64,000 nucleotides of DNA from Chthoniobacteraceae bacterium (GCA_031409335.1 JANNWY010000170.1:1-64000), one strand, 5' to 3'. Shown: positions 18,348 through 28,106, counted from the first letter of the stretch. Notes: generated by a model not told the origin, from the sequence alone. Program-made: numbers and translations.

Positions 18348-19091
18348 TCAACGGAGCGCGTCGGCGAGGTGTTGCAGCTCTTCCTCGACTTGCGCGGCGG
18401 GGAGATGGCCGGCTCCGAGTTCTTCGCGGAGGGCTTCGCGGTATTGCTGGCGCAAGCGGTGGACGGCGACGCCGATGGCATTCGCGTTCGCGCCGATTTG
18501 CGGAGCGAGTGTTTCGTATTCGCCGGGCTGCGGCTCGCGCGCCAGAAAGGGGCCGAGCATGGCGAAGTGCTCGGCTTTTCCCGCCTCCTCGGCGCGCTGG
18601 CGCAAAGCGGCGTGGGCGGTTTCGAGGACGGCGAGCGCCCAGCGGCGGGCGAAGGTTTTTTCGGGGGTTTCATTCGTCGTGGGTTCGGCTCCAAACCATT
18701 CCTCGGCTTGTGCGGCATCGAGCGAAAGCGGGCGCGTGGTGCCGCCGCGTTTTTGCGTGGTGGCGTCGCGGTGGGCAGTGGCGAGGAAGCGTTTTAGGAT
18801 CGTGAGCAGGAGCGTGCTGAAGCGCGTGTCGCGGCACTCGACTTCGGCGAGCCAGCCTTTTTCCAAAAGGTGCGCGAAGAAATCCTGCGTGAGATCGCGC
18901 GCGTCTTCGGGGGCGGTGCCGCGGCGGCGGATGAAGGCGTAGATCGAATACCAATAGACGCGGCAGAATTGCTCCAGCGCGCGCTCGTGATCCGGGCCGT
19001 CCGCGCCCGCGCCGAGGACGACGGTCCACTGCGTCGTGCAGAAACGCGCGGGGCCGTGGGTCCATTCGAGGGGGTCGGGGTCGGCGGGCAT
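18348..19091 (-). CDS. ECF sigma factor of the kinase-associated PVC type
   Basis: FCTTQWTVVL, YWYSIYAFIRRRG, DARDLTQDFF, KRGG, VAVHRLRQQY. Confidence 0.88.
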   Translation of the reverse strand: MPADPDPLEWTHGPARFCTTQWTVVLGAGADGPDHERALEQFCRVYWYSIYAFIRRRGTAPEDARDLTQDFFAHLLEKGWLAEVECRDTRFSTLLLTILKRFLATAHRDATTQKRGGTTRPLSLDAAQAEEWFGAEPTTNETPEKTFARRWALAVLETAHAALRQRAEEAGKAEHFAMLGPFLAREPQPGEYETLAPQIGANANAIGVAVHRLRQQYREALREELGAGHLPAAQVEEELQHLADALR

Positions 19092-19200
19092 CTGGTGTGG
19101 ACTGTCGGCAAATCCCGTCCTTGCCGCAAACGCGCACTTTTTTTGTAAGAGCCGGGCGGGAAGCGCGTGGAAGAGCAGTGACACCACCTTTTTTCCAAAA

Positions 19201-21099
19201 ATGAAACCGCTCTCACAACTCACCGTCCTCACCCTCGCGCTCCTCACTGCCCACGCCTCGGCGCAAGTCCCGCAAACGATCAGCTATCAGGGCCGCATCA
19301 CGGCAGGCGCGGTGAATTTTACCGGCACGGGGCAGTTCAAATTCGCGCTCGTGAATGCGACGGGGACGACGACTTTTTGGAGCAATGACGGGACGAGCGT
19401 GGCGGGGAATCCGCCCACGAATTCGGTGGGGCTCGAGGTAACGGGCGGGCTTTTTTCGGTATCGCTGGCGAATCCGGCGCTGGCGATGACGGCGTTCGAC
19501 CAGTCGATTTTTTCCGCGCCGCTGACTTTGCGCGTGTGGTTCAACGATGGCGTGCGTGGCTTCCAGCGGCTCGATCCGGACGCGGTGCTGAGCACGGTGC
19601 CGTATGCTTTCCGCGCGGCGGTGGCGACGAGTGTGGTGGATGGCGCGATCGGCTCGGCGAAGCTGGCGAATGGCGCGATCACTTCCGCGAAAATCGCGCC
19701 GGGCGCGGTGGCGCTGAGTCAACTGAGCTTCACGGGTGCGCCGAATGTGGGGCAGGTGCTCGGCTTTGATGGGGCGAATCTGACGTGGCTGACGGCGGGC
19801 GGCGGCGGGCCGGGCGGGGGTTCGCTCACGCTGCCATTCAGCGGACTCGCGGCTTCGACGGGTGCGCTTTTTTCCGTGAATAATACGAGCGCGACCGGCG
19901 ATGCGTGGGCCATCTACGGGCATAGTCAGACGAATAACGGCGTCTTTGGGCAAACGCACGGCGATGCGGCGTCGGGCGTGCTCGGGCGAAATGATGGCGC
20001 GACGGGCGTGGGTGGCGCGGGCGTGTTTGGCTACTCCTCGACGGGCGCGTTTGGCGTGCTGGCGATCAGCGAGCAGGGCGATGGACTTTACGCAGCGACG
20101 AATGGCCTGGGGAAAAATGCGATCTACGCGCAGGCCACTGCGAAGACGAGTGTCGCCGGGCGCTTTGTGAATACGGCGGTGCGCGAGGCGGGATTCGATC
20201 CGTATCCCACGGCGCTGACCGCCGAGGTGACGGGCCAAGGCTGGGGGCTTTTTGCGCGCTCTTCGAGCGGGCTCGGTGTTTTCGGGCAGACGATTTTGGG
20301 CGGCACGGGCGTGTTCGGGCGGAATGAAAGTACCGAAACTGCATTTCCTGCAGGAAACGCGGTGTATGGCCTGGCGACGGGAACCGCGGTCGGCGTGCGC
20401 GGCGAGAGCGCGGGGGCGGATGGTGTCGTGGGGTTCACGACGAAAGTGGCAAAGTCGGGCGTCGTCGGTTTTGCGAGCGATGCGGGGAGCAATGGTGTGG
20501 CGGGGATCAACGCGGTGGGCACGGGCGTTTTTGCACAGACGAGTTCGTCGATCGCGACGGCGGGTTTCTTTTGGAATACGACCGGCGGTGATGCGCTGAC
20601 GACTTCGGGAAAGACGAATCTTTTTGGCGATACGACGGTCCACGGGACGGCGACGGTGCGCGTGCTGACGATCAATAACGGCGTGGATGTCGCGGAGCCT
20701 TTTGCGATGCGCGACGATGCGGAATTTCCGAAGGGCTCGGTGATGGTCATCAGCGATGAGCGGCCCGGCGAACTGCAACTCAGCCACGAGGAATACGACA
20801 CGCGCGTGGCGGGGATCATCAGCGGCGCGAATGGGATCAATCCCGGACTTCAGCTCACGCAAAAGGGCGTGAACGATGTGGGCGGGCAGCCGGTGGCGCT
20901 GACGGGGCGCGTGTATTGCCGCGCGGATGCGACGTTCGGCGCGATCAAGCCGGGCGATTTGCTGACGACTTCCACGACGCCCGGCCACGCGCGCCGCGTG
21001 AACGATCACACCCGCTCGCAAGGCGCGGTGCTCGGGAAGGCGATGAGCGCGCTGGAAGATGGGACCGGTTTCGTCCTCGTGCTCGTGACCCTGCAATAA
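19201..21099 (+). CDS. Secreted Gly-rich fibre-like protein with C-terminal peptidase-G2/intramolecular-chaperone-like domain
   Basis: Signal peptide, QVPQTISYQGR N-domain, many GVFG/GVVG repeats, C-terminal DVAEPF...VAGIISGA...VALTGRV...PGDLLTTS...VLGKAM. Confidence 0.75.
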   Translation: MKPLSQLTVLTLALLTAHASAQVPQTISYQGRITAGAVNFTGTGQFKFALVNATGTTTFWSNDGTSVAGNPPTNSVGLEVTGGLFSVSLANPALAMTAFDQSIFSAPLTLRVWFNDGVRGFQRLDPDAVLSTVPYAFRAAVATSVVDGAIGSAKLANGAITSAKIAPGAVALSQLSFTGAPNVGQVLGFDGANLTWLTAGGGGPGGGSLTLPFSGLAASTGALFSVNNTSATGDAWAIYGHSQTNNGVFGQTHGDAASGVLGRNDGATGVGGAGVFGYSSTGAFGVLAISEQGDGLYAATNGLGKNAIYAQATAKTSVAGRFVNTAVREAGFDPYPTALTAEVTGQGWGLFARSSSGLGVFGQTILGGTGVFGRNESTETAFPAGNAVYGLATGTAVGVRGESAGADGVVGFTTKVAKSGVVGFASDAGSNGVAGINAVGTGVFAQTSSSIATAGFFWNTTGGDALTTSGKTNLFGDTTVHGTATVRVLTINNGVDVAEPFAMRDDAEFPKGSVMVISDERPGELQLSHEEYDTRVAGIISGANGINPGLQLTQKGVNDVGGQPVALTGRVYCRADATFGAIKPGDLLTTSTTPGHARRVNDHTRSQGAVLGKAMSALEDGTGFVLVLVTLQ

Positions 21100-21101
21100 C
21101 C

Positions 21102-22826
21102 ATGAAACGCATTTTTCTCACCGGCCTTTTCGCGGTCGCGCTTTGCGCAAACGACGTGGCTTTTGCGCAGGAGGCGCTAACGCCGCGGCGGAGAATCGTG
21201 AAGCCCGCGAAGACGATCGTGGACCGCACGCGGCACGACGCGGAGCGCATCTACGTGAAATTTCGCGACGACGTGCCGGTGCGTTTGCGCGCGGGAAAAC
21301 TCGCAGCGAAAGGCGCGCAGGCGAAGACGATGGATGCGGCGGCGGGCCTGCTCCAGCGCATGGAAAAAGGCGGCGCGAAATGGGAACGGCAGCACAGCGT
21401 CTCCGAGGAAAAACTCGCGGAGATGCGCGACAAAGCGCAGCGCGCGACGGGCAAGGCGATGCCGGATTTGAACAATGCCTACATCGTGCGCGTGCCGAAA
21501 GGCGTGAGCACCGCGCAGTTCATCGACGCGCTGAACGCGCTGGATTCCGTGGAGTCCGCGAAGCCGATGCCGCTGCCCGCGCCGCCGCCGGTGGTCGAAG
21601 ATTACCAGCCCGAGCAGGATTATCTCGAATCGACGATCGGCCTCGATGCGGAAGCTGCGTGGAATGAGCCCGGCGGGACGGGCAGCGATGTGCGCGTCGT
21701 GGACATCGAGTACGCGTGGAATTTCAGCCACGCCGACCTCAACGCGTCGCTCTCCGGTCCGGCCTCGTTCGGCAGCGGCCCGACCGGAATGCAGGCTTCC
21801 ATCGACCACGGCACCGCCGTGCTCGGCGTGATGGGCGGGCGCAACGATGGCGTGGGCGTGCGCGGTTTCGCATCGAACGCCATCTTTTTCGGCATCGCCT
21901 CGGCACCCGCCACTGGCTACGACCCCGCCGCTGCGATCACGCGGGCGACGGCGATCCTCCGCGCGGGCGACATCATGCTGCTGGAGATGCAGACGGATGG
22001 GCCTTTGTTCATGGTCGATGGCAATCTCGCTCCCACGGATCTCGTTCCGATCGAATGGATCGAAAATGTGTATGACGCGATCCGCATCGCCGTCGGGAAC
22101 GGCATCATCGTCGTGGAGGCCGCAGGGAACGGGAACCAGAATCTCGACAGCCCGGTTTTCGATGACGACCACGCGCCGTTCCTTCCGGCGAATGATTCGG
22201 GCGCGATCATCGTCGGCGCGGGCGGTGCCTCGACGGGTTTCGGCGACCGTACGCGGCTGGGCTTTTCCACCTACGGCTCGACCGTCGATGTCCAGGGCCG
22301 AGGCGAAATCGTCGTCACCACCGGCTACGGCGACCGGAATAGTGCAGACGGCCCGAACCGCACTTACACCCGCGTTTTCAATGGCACGTCGAGCGCCTCG
22401 GCGACCATCGCCGGAGCGTGCGCGCAGTTGCAGGGGATTTACAAAGCGAGCACGGGCGGGCAGGTGCTCACGCCATTGGAAATGCGCGAGATTCTGCGCA
22501 CGACAGGCTTGCCGCAGCAGCCGGGGACGAATCCCTTCCGGCCTGTGGGGCAAAATATCGGGCCGCGTCCGAACCTTGCGGCGGCGATTCCCTACGTGCG
22601 CGGCCTGCACACTTGGGTGGATTTTTCCTTCATCCCGATCCCGCCTATTTTGATCGAAACCGGGAGCATTGACCGGCCGTGGAATACCTTCACCGAAGGC
22701 GTCGCCGCCGTGCCTGCGGGCGGCTCGCTCATCATCAAAGGTGGGAGCAGCAATGAGAACCTCAGCAACATCACCAAGCCCATGAACATCCTCAACTACG
22801 GCGCCCCGGCCACGATCGGGCAGTAA
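21102..22826 (+). CDS. Secreted S8 (subtilisin-like) serine peptidase
   Basis: Signal peptide, propeptide, VVDIE (Asp), HGTAVLG (His), AAGNG, NGTSSAS (Ser). Confidence 0.92.
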   Translation: MKRIFLTGLFAVALCANDVAFAQEALTPRRRIVKPAKTIVDRTRHDAERIYVKFRDDVPVRLRAGKLAAKGAQAKTMDAAAGLLQRMEKGGAKWERQHSVSEEKLAEMRDKAQRATGKAMPDLNNAYIVRVPKGVSTAQFIDALNALDSVESAKPMPLPAPPPVVEDYQPEQDYLESTIGLDAEAAWNEPGGTGSDVRVVDIEYAWNFSHADLNASLSGPASFGSGPTGMQASIDHGTAVLGVMGGRNDGVGVRGFASNAIFFGIASAPATGYDPAAAITRATAILRAGDIMLLEMQTDGPLFMVDGNLAPTDLVPIEWIENVYDAIRIAVGNGIIVVEAAGNGNQNLDSPVFDDDHAPFLPANDSGAIIVGAGGASTGFGDRTRLGFSTYGSTVDVQGRGEIVVTTGYGDRNSADGPNRTYTRVFNGTSSASATIAGACAQLQGIYKASTGGQVLTPLEMREILRTTGLPQQPGTNPFRPVGQNIGPRPNLAAAIPYVRGLHTWVDFSFIPIPPILIETGSIDRPWNTFTEGVAAVPAGGSLIIKGGSSNENLSNITKPMNILNYGAPATIGQ

Positions 22827-22836
22827 TCCTTTTCCC

Positions 22837-23742
22837 ATGAAAATACATACGCTCCTTTTCCCCGCGCTCCTCCTCGCCCACGCCGCGCACGCCGATCCGC
22901 GCACGAGCGCGGACTACACGATCGTCGCGGAAGTCTCCGAAGTCGCCGGGGGCCGCGCGAGCAGTGCGGATTACACGCTCGATGCCAGCGTCGGCGGCGT
23001 CACCGGCTACTCCACCGCGCCCGCCGAAGTGGCGCGGCACGGCTACATCGGCCAGCTCTACGATCTCACCGGCTACGCGCTGCTCGCCTCGGATTACTCG
23101 CCGCCGGAAACTGGCACCACGCAGCTTTTCCCCGTCCGCACCGCCGACGATGGCACCTATCTCCTCATGTCCCTCGCAGGCTTCACTTTCGCCGCGCTGG
23201 AAGGCCCGATCCCGGCCATCTCGCCGACCGGCCTCGTGGACACGAGCGTCGTTTATGAAAACACCGACGCGATCGTGGGCGCGACCTCGCCCGAATTCCC
23301 CGGCCAGCTCCAGCTCACGCTGCACGTCCGCGACGCCATCCCCGACAACTACGGCACCTACGCCGGCGACGGCCTCGGCGACGATTGGCAGGTGGAAAAT
23401 TTCGGCCTCGATAATCCGCTCGCCGCCCCCGACGTGGACGCCGACGGCAGCGGCCAGACAAACCTTTTCAAATACACCGCCGGCCTCGACCCGACCGATC
23501 CAAACTCGCGCTTCATCCTCAAAATCCAGCCCGGCCTTTTCCCAAACGAACGCCGCCTCATCTTCTCCCCGCGCCTGCCGGATCGCACCTACACGATCGA
23601 ATCCCGCGCAAGCCTGAGCGCCGGACAATGGGAACCGCTCGGCGGCACCACATTCACCGATCAAGGCAACATCCGCACCGTCACCGATCCCAACGCCGCG
23701 ACCCCCGCGCGGCTTTATCGCGTGGTCGTGACGAGGCCGTAG
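22837..23742 (+). CDS. Secreted hypothetical protein with Asp-rich repeat and RLYR-ending C-terminal domain
   Basis: Signal peptide, GDGLGDDWQ...DADGSGQTN..KYTAGLDPTDP, tail TDPNAATPARLYRVVVTRP. Confidence 0.8.
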   Translation: MKIHTLLFPALLLAHAAHADPRTSADYTIVAEVSEVAGGRASSADYTLDASVGGVTGYSTAPAEVARHGYIGQLYDLTGYALLASDYSPPETGTTQLFPVRTADDGTYLLMSLAGFTFAALEGPIPAISPTGLVDTSVVYENTDAIVGATSPEFPGQLQLTLHVRDAIPDNYGTYAGDGLGDDWQVENFGLDNPLAAPDVDADGSGQTNLFKYTAGLDPTDPNSRFILKIQPGLFPNERRLIFSPRLPDRTYTIESRASLSAGQWEPLGGTTFTDQGNIRTVTDPNAATPARLYRVVVTRP

Positions 23743-23840
23743 TCTCGACGACGAGCGCGGCCGCGAAAACAAACTGCTCCGCGCGAGGCGCGCCCTTTTG
23801 GCGTCGCTGGCACGGATCGGCCGCGGATCGGTGTTTCCTT

Positions 23841-23869
23841 TTGCAAAAGCGCGCCACGCCCGGTACATT
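23841..23869 (+). promoter_or_regulatory. Sigma70-like promoter, near-leaderless
   Basis: TTGCAA-N17-TACATT, ending 8 nt before ATG 23878. Confidence 0.55.
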
Positions 23870-23877
23870 TCAGGGCT

Positions 23878-24270
23878 ATGGCACGCCGCGCCAGTTCCTC
23901 CGCCAATCCATTGTGGTTCGTCGCCGCTTTCCTGCTGGCTCTCAGCGCGATTGCCGGCGGCTTCCTCGTTTTCAATCGCTCGGGCGATCCCTACCGCGCG
24001 ATGACACCGCTTCCGGTCGGAGACTATTTGGAAAATGCGAACAGCCTGCGCGGGAACACTTACAAGCTCGACGGCACGATTTTCCAGTCGATCGAGTGGT
24101 CGCAGACGGCGGGCCGGCTTTACAGCGTGGAGGTTGGCCCGGATCTGCTGCCGATCCTGATTCCCGCGTCCCTGAAGCAAATCAATCTCGATCGCGGTCA
24201 GCGTTACTTTTTCAAAATCGAAGTCGGCGACCAGGGCGTGCTCACAGCGCTCGATGTCAAAAAAATCTAA
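23878..24270 (+). CDS. Membrane-anchored hypothetical protein (beta-rich small domain)
   Basis: N-terminal TM helix, protein-like composition, promoter upstream, TAATG coupling to the next gene. Confidence 0.75.
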   Translation: MARRASSSANPLWFVAAFLLALSAIAGGFLVFNRSGDPYRAMTPLPVGDYLENANSLRGNTYKLDGTIFQSIEWSQTAGRLYSVEVGPDLLPILIPASLKQINLDRGQRYFFKIEVGDQGVLTALDVKKI

Positions 24271-26174
24271 TGACCATGAAAACGGAAAATCGGAAACAGC
24301 GAATCGCCGGCCAGCGGTGCGGCGCACGGACTGGCGTCGTGCTTTGCATGTTCGGATCTTCAATCGTCGCGCTCGCACAGGTGCCGGATGCGCCGCTCGG
24401 TCCGCCAGCGCAGGTCGCGCCGACTTCGCCGGCACCCGCGAGGCCCGGAGCCTCACCGGCGGATGGGACGGGGAGTTTTCTCGGCAAGGACATTCCAAAA
24501 TTCGATCCCAAGTCGGAGATGTTCACGTGGGATGGGAAGAGCTGGAACATTAACAACAACCGGATTTTTCAGGCGCGTTTCGAGAAGTACCTGAACGCGC
24601 CGGAGGAGACGGATGCGAATTCGATTCAGTATCAAAAGATCATCGCGGAAATCCTGAGTCGTCTCGCGCCTGGAGCGGCGTCGCGCGACAACGTGGACTA
24701 CGCGTTTCGCCTGCTGGCCCGCGGCGCCAACTACGAGCCGGACGCGCGACTGTGCGAAACGATTTCGGACACGGTGTATTCCGCCTGGCGCTCGCAAAAG
24801 GCGATGATCCGCCTGGCCGCGGCAAACGTGTCGCTCGAGGAAGAGCGGAAGAAACACGAGTGGAATGCGCAACTTTCCGGGCAGGACAAGAATATCGAGC
24901 AGAAGAATTCGCGATCCTCGAAGAGCGGCGGCGTAACGAATACGTCGGAGACAAAAACCGTGATGTCGATCATGCCGTATGCGACGCGGCTGGCGGAGAC
25001 GATGGCGCAGATCAAGGCGAACCAGCTCAAGAGCGCGCTCACCGAAGTTGAGGTAAAGGTGCAGTTTCAGGCGCTGATGACGCAACTTTTTCTCCAGCGG
25101 CGCTACCAGCACGTGCTCATCGCCACGCGCTTTTACCGTGCGGTCTTCAGCGATGGCGACACGAAGCTGACCCTCGGGAAGGACGCGCTGGATCTTTTTG
25201 AAAAAAGCCTGGGTTCGCCGCCGACGGTGAGCACGCTCGATTCGCTCGCCAACGAAGCGATCCGCGATGTGCGGGAGGGTGTGAAGGCGTATGAATATCT
25301 CGTGGAAAATCGCGAACTGGAAAGCGGCTCGAAGCGGCTCGCCGAGGCGCTGGCCGTCGGCGAATTCATGCCCGAAATCCGCACGCTGCCGCGGACGAAA
25401 AAGCGGCTCGCGCTCGAGTTCACGCAAAAGGCGAATCAACTGCTCGCCGCGATGGAATCGAAGGACTACGCGACTGCGGAAAAGCTGATCGAAGTGATTG
25501 CCAAGATCGCGAAGGATTTCGACGGGACCGTGGCAAAGACAGTGATCGAAAGCTCCCGGCGCGGCGCAAAGATGCACCTGCTCTCCGCCCGCAACGCCGC
25601 GCAGACGAACGACCAGAAAACGCTCAAGGAAGAACTGGGTGCCGCCGCGGCGCTGTGGCCGCTGAATCCGGCGCTCGCCGAGTTCTCCGAGAAGATTTTC
25701 GACCAGGGCGACGTTCAGGCGCGGACGCTGAATGATTTCGACGCGCTGCTCAGCCAGAAGAATTACCGGCAGATTTTCGATGATCAGCCGCGCTTCATGG
25801 CAGCCATCGCGCTGAATCCTGATCGGAAAGAAAAACTGACGGAAGTGCTCCAAAACATTCAAACCATCGAAGCCGCGATCCTTCGCGCCCAGGAAATGCG
25901 CCGGCAGAGCAATTTTGCCGGTGCCTGGGAAAGCGTGGAAAAGATCGCGCCGGACTTTCCCGAAGACACCAAGCTGAACCAATTGCGCGCGGACCTGACG
26001 TCGCTCGCTGCCGACTTCGTGCGCGCCGTGCGCACCGCGCAGGAGTTGGAGAAAAAAGCGCAGGCTGGTTCCAGCCTTGCGTGGTTTTTGAAGGCCCAAA
26101 AGATTTATCCGGCGAGTGATTTCGCCACGGAAGGCGTCGGCAGGCTGAAGAAACGCATCCTCCCGGACGGCTAG
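24270..26174 (+). CDS. Hypothetical helical protein, probably exported
   Basis: Long ORF with host-like codon use, hydrophobic leader and Pro-rich linker. Start uncertain (24270 or 24276). Confidence 0.8.
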   Translation: MTMKTENRKQRIAGQRCGARTGVVLCMFGSSIVALAQVPDAPLGPPAQVAPTSPAPARPGASPADGTGSFLGKDIPKFDPKSEMFTWDGKSWNINNNRIFQARFEKYLNAPEETDANSIQYQKIIAEILSRLAPGAASRDNVDYAFRLLARGANYEPDARLCETISDTVYSAWRSQKAMIRLAAANVSLEEERKKHEWNAQLSGQDKNIEQKNSRSSKSGGVTNTSETKTVMSIMPYATRLAETMAQIKANQLKSALTEVEVKVQFQALMTQLFLQRRYQHVLIATRFYRAVFSDGDTKLTLGKDALDLFEKSLGSPPTVSTLDSLANEAIRDVREGVKAYEYLVENRELESGSKRLAEALAVGEFMPEIRTLPRTKKRLALEFTQKANQLLAAMESKDYATAEKLIEVIAKIAKDFDGTVAKTVIESSRRGAKMHLLSARNAAQTNDQKTLKEELGAAAALWPLNPALAEFSEKIFDQGDVQARTLNDFDALLSQKNYRQIFDDQPRFMAAIALNPDRKEKLTEVLQNIQTIEAAILRAQEMRRQSNFAGAWESVEKIAPDFPEDTKLNQLRADLTSLAADFVRAVRTAQELEKKAQAGSSLAWFLKAQKIYPASDFATEGVGRLKKRILPDG

Positions 26175-26290
26175 GCCATGTTAAAAAAACGCCCCCCGGC
26201 TTGCCCATTCCCGCTGTCTAGCGGTGTAATAATCTTATCGCGGCGGCATTTCGGCTTGTCGAATCGCCGCCGCCTGTGAACTCTCCCGCC

Positions 26291-27445
26291 ATGAACTTGC
26301 CGCACGCTGGAGGCCCGCCGGAGGATGGCGATGCTTCCGCCAGCGGGAGCCGCCCTCCGCTGAGGCTGGGCGATTTACAGAAGACGATCACGATGGCCCA
26401 AATCGCCAAGGCGGCGGGAGTTTCGCAGGGTGCGATCTCGTCGCTGCTGAACGATCGCGACTACGGAATCCGCGTCAGCGAAAGGACCCGCGAGCGCGTC
26501 TTTACCGTCTGCCGAGAGATGGGTTATCTGCCAAATGATCTGCGCGCGGTGGTGCGGATGTATCCCGAACTCGGCGAATTTGCCCTGCTCGTTTCCAGTA
26601 AATATGCCGGTGGCCTCGCGCATCCATTCGTCGCCCGGGTCGCCGCAGCGACGCTCGACGCCGTGCCGGAAACGCTGCGCAGCATTACCGTCGGATACTA
26701 CGAGGAAACGCTCGACTACGCCGCGGAGCCGAACTGCCTGCCGCATCCCGTCGCGACCGGCACCGTCTCGAAGTTTATCTTTATCGGCCCGCCCAACTCC
26801 TCGCTTATCCAGGTGGTCACGAAGCGCGGCCACGCCGTCGTCGCACTCGGCCACGATGTCGCGCTGCCCGGAGTTCACAGCATTGCCTTCGACCTCCCAA
26901 GCGCGTCGCAGCTCGCCATCGAGCACCTGCGCAAGCTCGGCCACAAGCGGCTTGCCATCATCTCCGGCCCGTTTGGCTCCGCCGATGTCGCCATCAATGA
27001 ACTGAACCGCGGCGTCCGCATCGCCTGCGAGCGGCTCGGGATCGTCGTGGAACCGCACAACATCCTCTACGGCGACCTCTCGCCCAGCGCCGGGGCCGCC
27101 GCGCTGGATGCCATCCTCGCGCGCAAGCCCGAGCCCACCGCCATTTTCTGCCTCAGCGACGGTGCCGCCGCCGGAGTCCTCGCCCGCGCCCACGCCAGCC
27201 GCCGGAAGATTCCCGAGCAACTCAGCGTCCTCGCCTGCGGCGATGATCCTGCGGCAGCGTTCCTTTCCCCCGCGCTCACCACCGTGCGCCTGCCAGTCGA
27301 GGAAATGGCCGTGCGCGGCGTGCAATTGCTCGAAAATCTCACCCGCGGTCATGGCCTCGACGACCCGCAAAAGTCGATCCTCCCCGTCCAACTCATCGAG
27401 CGCGGCACCTGCGCCCCACTCAAAGGCGCATCGTCAGCCGCATGA
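26291..27445 (+). CDS. LacI family transcriptional regulator
   Basis: ITMAQIAKAAGVSQGAISSLLN HTH, PTAIFCLSD, PALTTV, LIERGT. Start uncertain. Confidence 0.9.
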   Translation: MNLPHAGGPPEDGDASASGSRPPLRLGDLQKTITMAQIAKAAGVSQGAISSLLNDRDYGIRVSERTRERVFTVCREMGYLPNDLRAVVRMYPELGEFALLVSSKYAGGLAHPFVARVAAATLDAVPETLRSITVGYYEETLDYAAEPNCLPHPVATGTVSKFIFIGPPNSSLIQVVTKRGHAVVALGHDVALPGVHSIAFDLPSASQLAIEHLRKLGHKRLAIISGPFGSADVAINELNRGVRIACERLGIVVEPHNILYGDLSPSAGAAALDAILARKPEPTAIFCLSDGAAAGVLARAHASRRKIPEQLSVLACGDDPAAAFLSPALTTVRLPVEEMAVRGVQLLENLTRGHGLDDPQKSILPVQLIERGTCAPLKGASSAA

Positions 27446-27732
27446 CTTCAAATCAGTATTACACCGCCATCGGCCTCTCCGGATTGTGCGCCGTCCTTGG
27501 CGTTGCGCTCCTCGTTCTCGGCGGCTCCGCGCGCGGGCTTCAGGCCGATGTTCAAAAGCTGCAGACGGAATATCAAGCCCAGCAGGAGCAGATCAACGCG
27601 GGCGTTGCGATCAGCCAGCAAGTCGTCCCGACGCTGTTCAAGGACCTCGCGTCGCATCCTGAAAACACCGCCATCCGCGCGCTCATCGAAAAACACGCCT
27701 CCGGGACGGGAGCCGGAAAATCCCAGCCATGA
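27442..27732 (+). CDS. Small single-TM coiled-coil protein
   Basis: TM helix then LQADVQKLQTEYQAQQEQI. ATGA overlap with the LacI gene. Confidence 0.7.
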   Translation: MTSNQYYTAIGLSGLCAVLGVALLVLGGSARGLQADVQKLQTEYQAQQEQINAGVAISQQVVPTLFKDLASHPENTAIRALIEKHASGTGAGKSQP

Positions 27733-28061
27733 GCGACGACTCCCCGCGCCGCCGCACGCCAAACCTTTTCATCCCGTTCGTCCTCCTCGCCGTTTCGGTG
27801 CTCTTCACGATGTTGTGGCTAAATCTCAGCGTCTTCAGCCAGCGCACCGGCTTTCAAGCGGCGAAAACGCAACTCGCCGAGGCGATCGAAAAGCGCGCGC
27901 CGCAAGTGACCCAGGCAGCGGAATTCAAGAGCCGCCTGGAAGCACTCGCCATTGAACTTCTCGAACTCTCCAGGACGGATCCAACCGCACAGGCGATCGT
28001 AAAAAAACATGGCATCGAGCGCGCCCTGCCCGCGCAGGCCGCCGGTGGTGGTGAAAAATAG
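27729..28061 (+). CDS. Small single-TM coiled-coil protein
   Basis: TM helix then a helical segment ending DPTAQAIVKKHGI. ATGA overlap with the previous gene. Confidence 0.7.
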   Translation: MSDDSPRRRTPNLFIPFVLLAVSVLFTMLWLNLSVFSQRTGFQAAKTQLAEAIEKRAPQVTQAAEFKSRLEALAIELLELSRTDPTAQAIVKKHGIERALPAQAAGGGEK

Positions 28062-28106
28062 TGCTGCGCGCGACGGCCTTGGCTTTCGCAACTTTCCCCG
28101 TCCGTC

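Noticed and set aside
19201..21099. Prophage tail-fibre interpretation
   Set aside because: The protein has a Sec-type signal peptide and there are no capsid, terminase, portal or integrase genes nearby.
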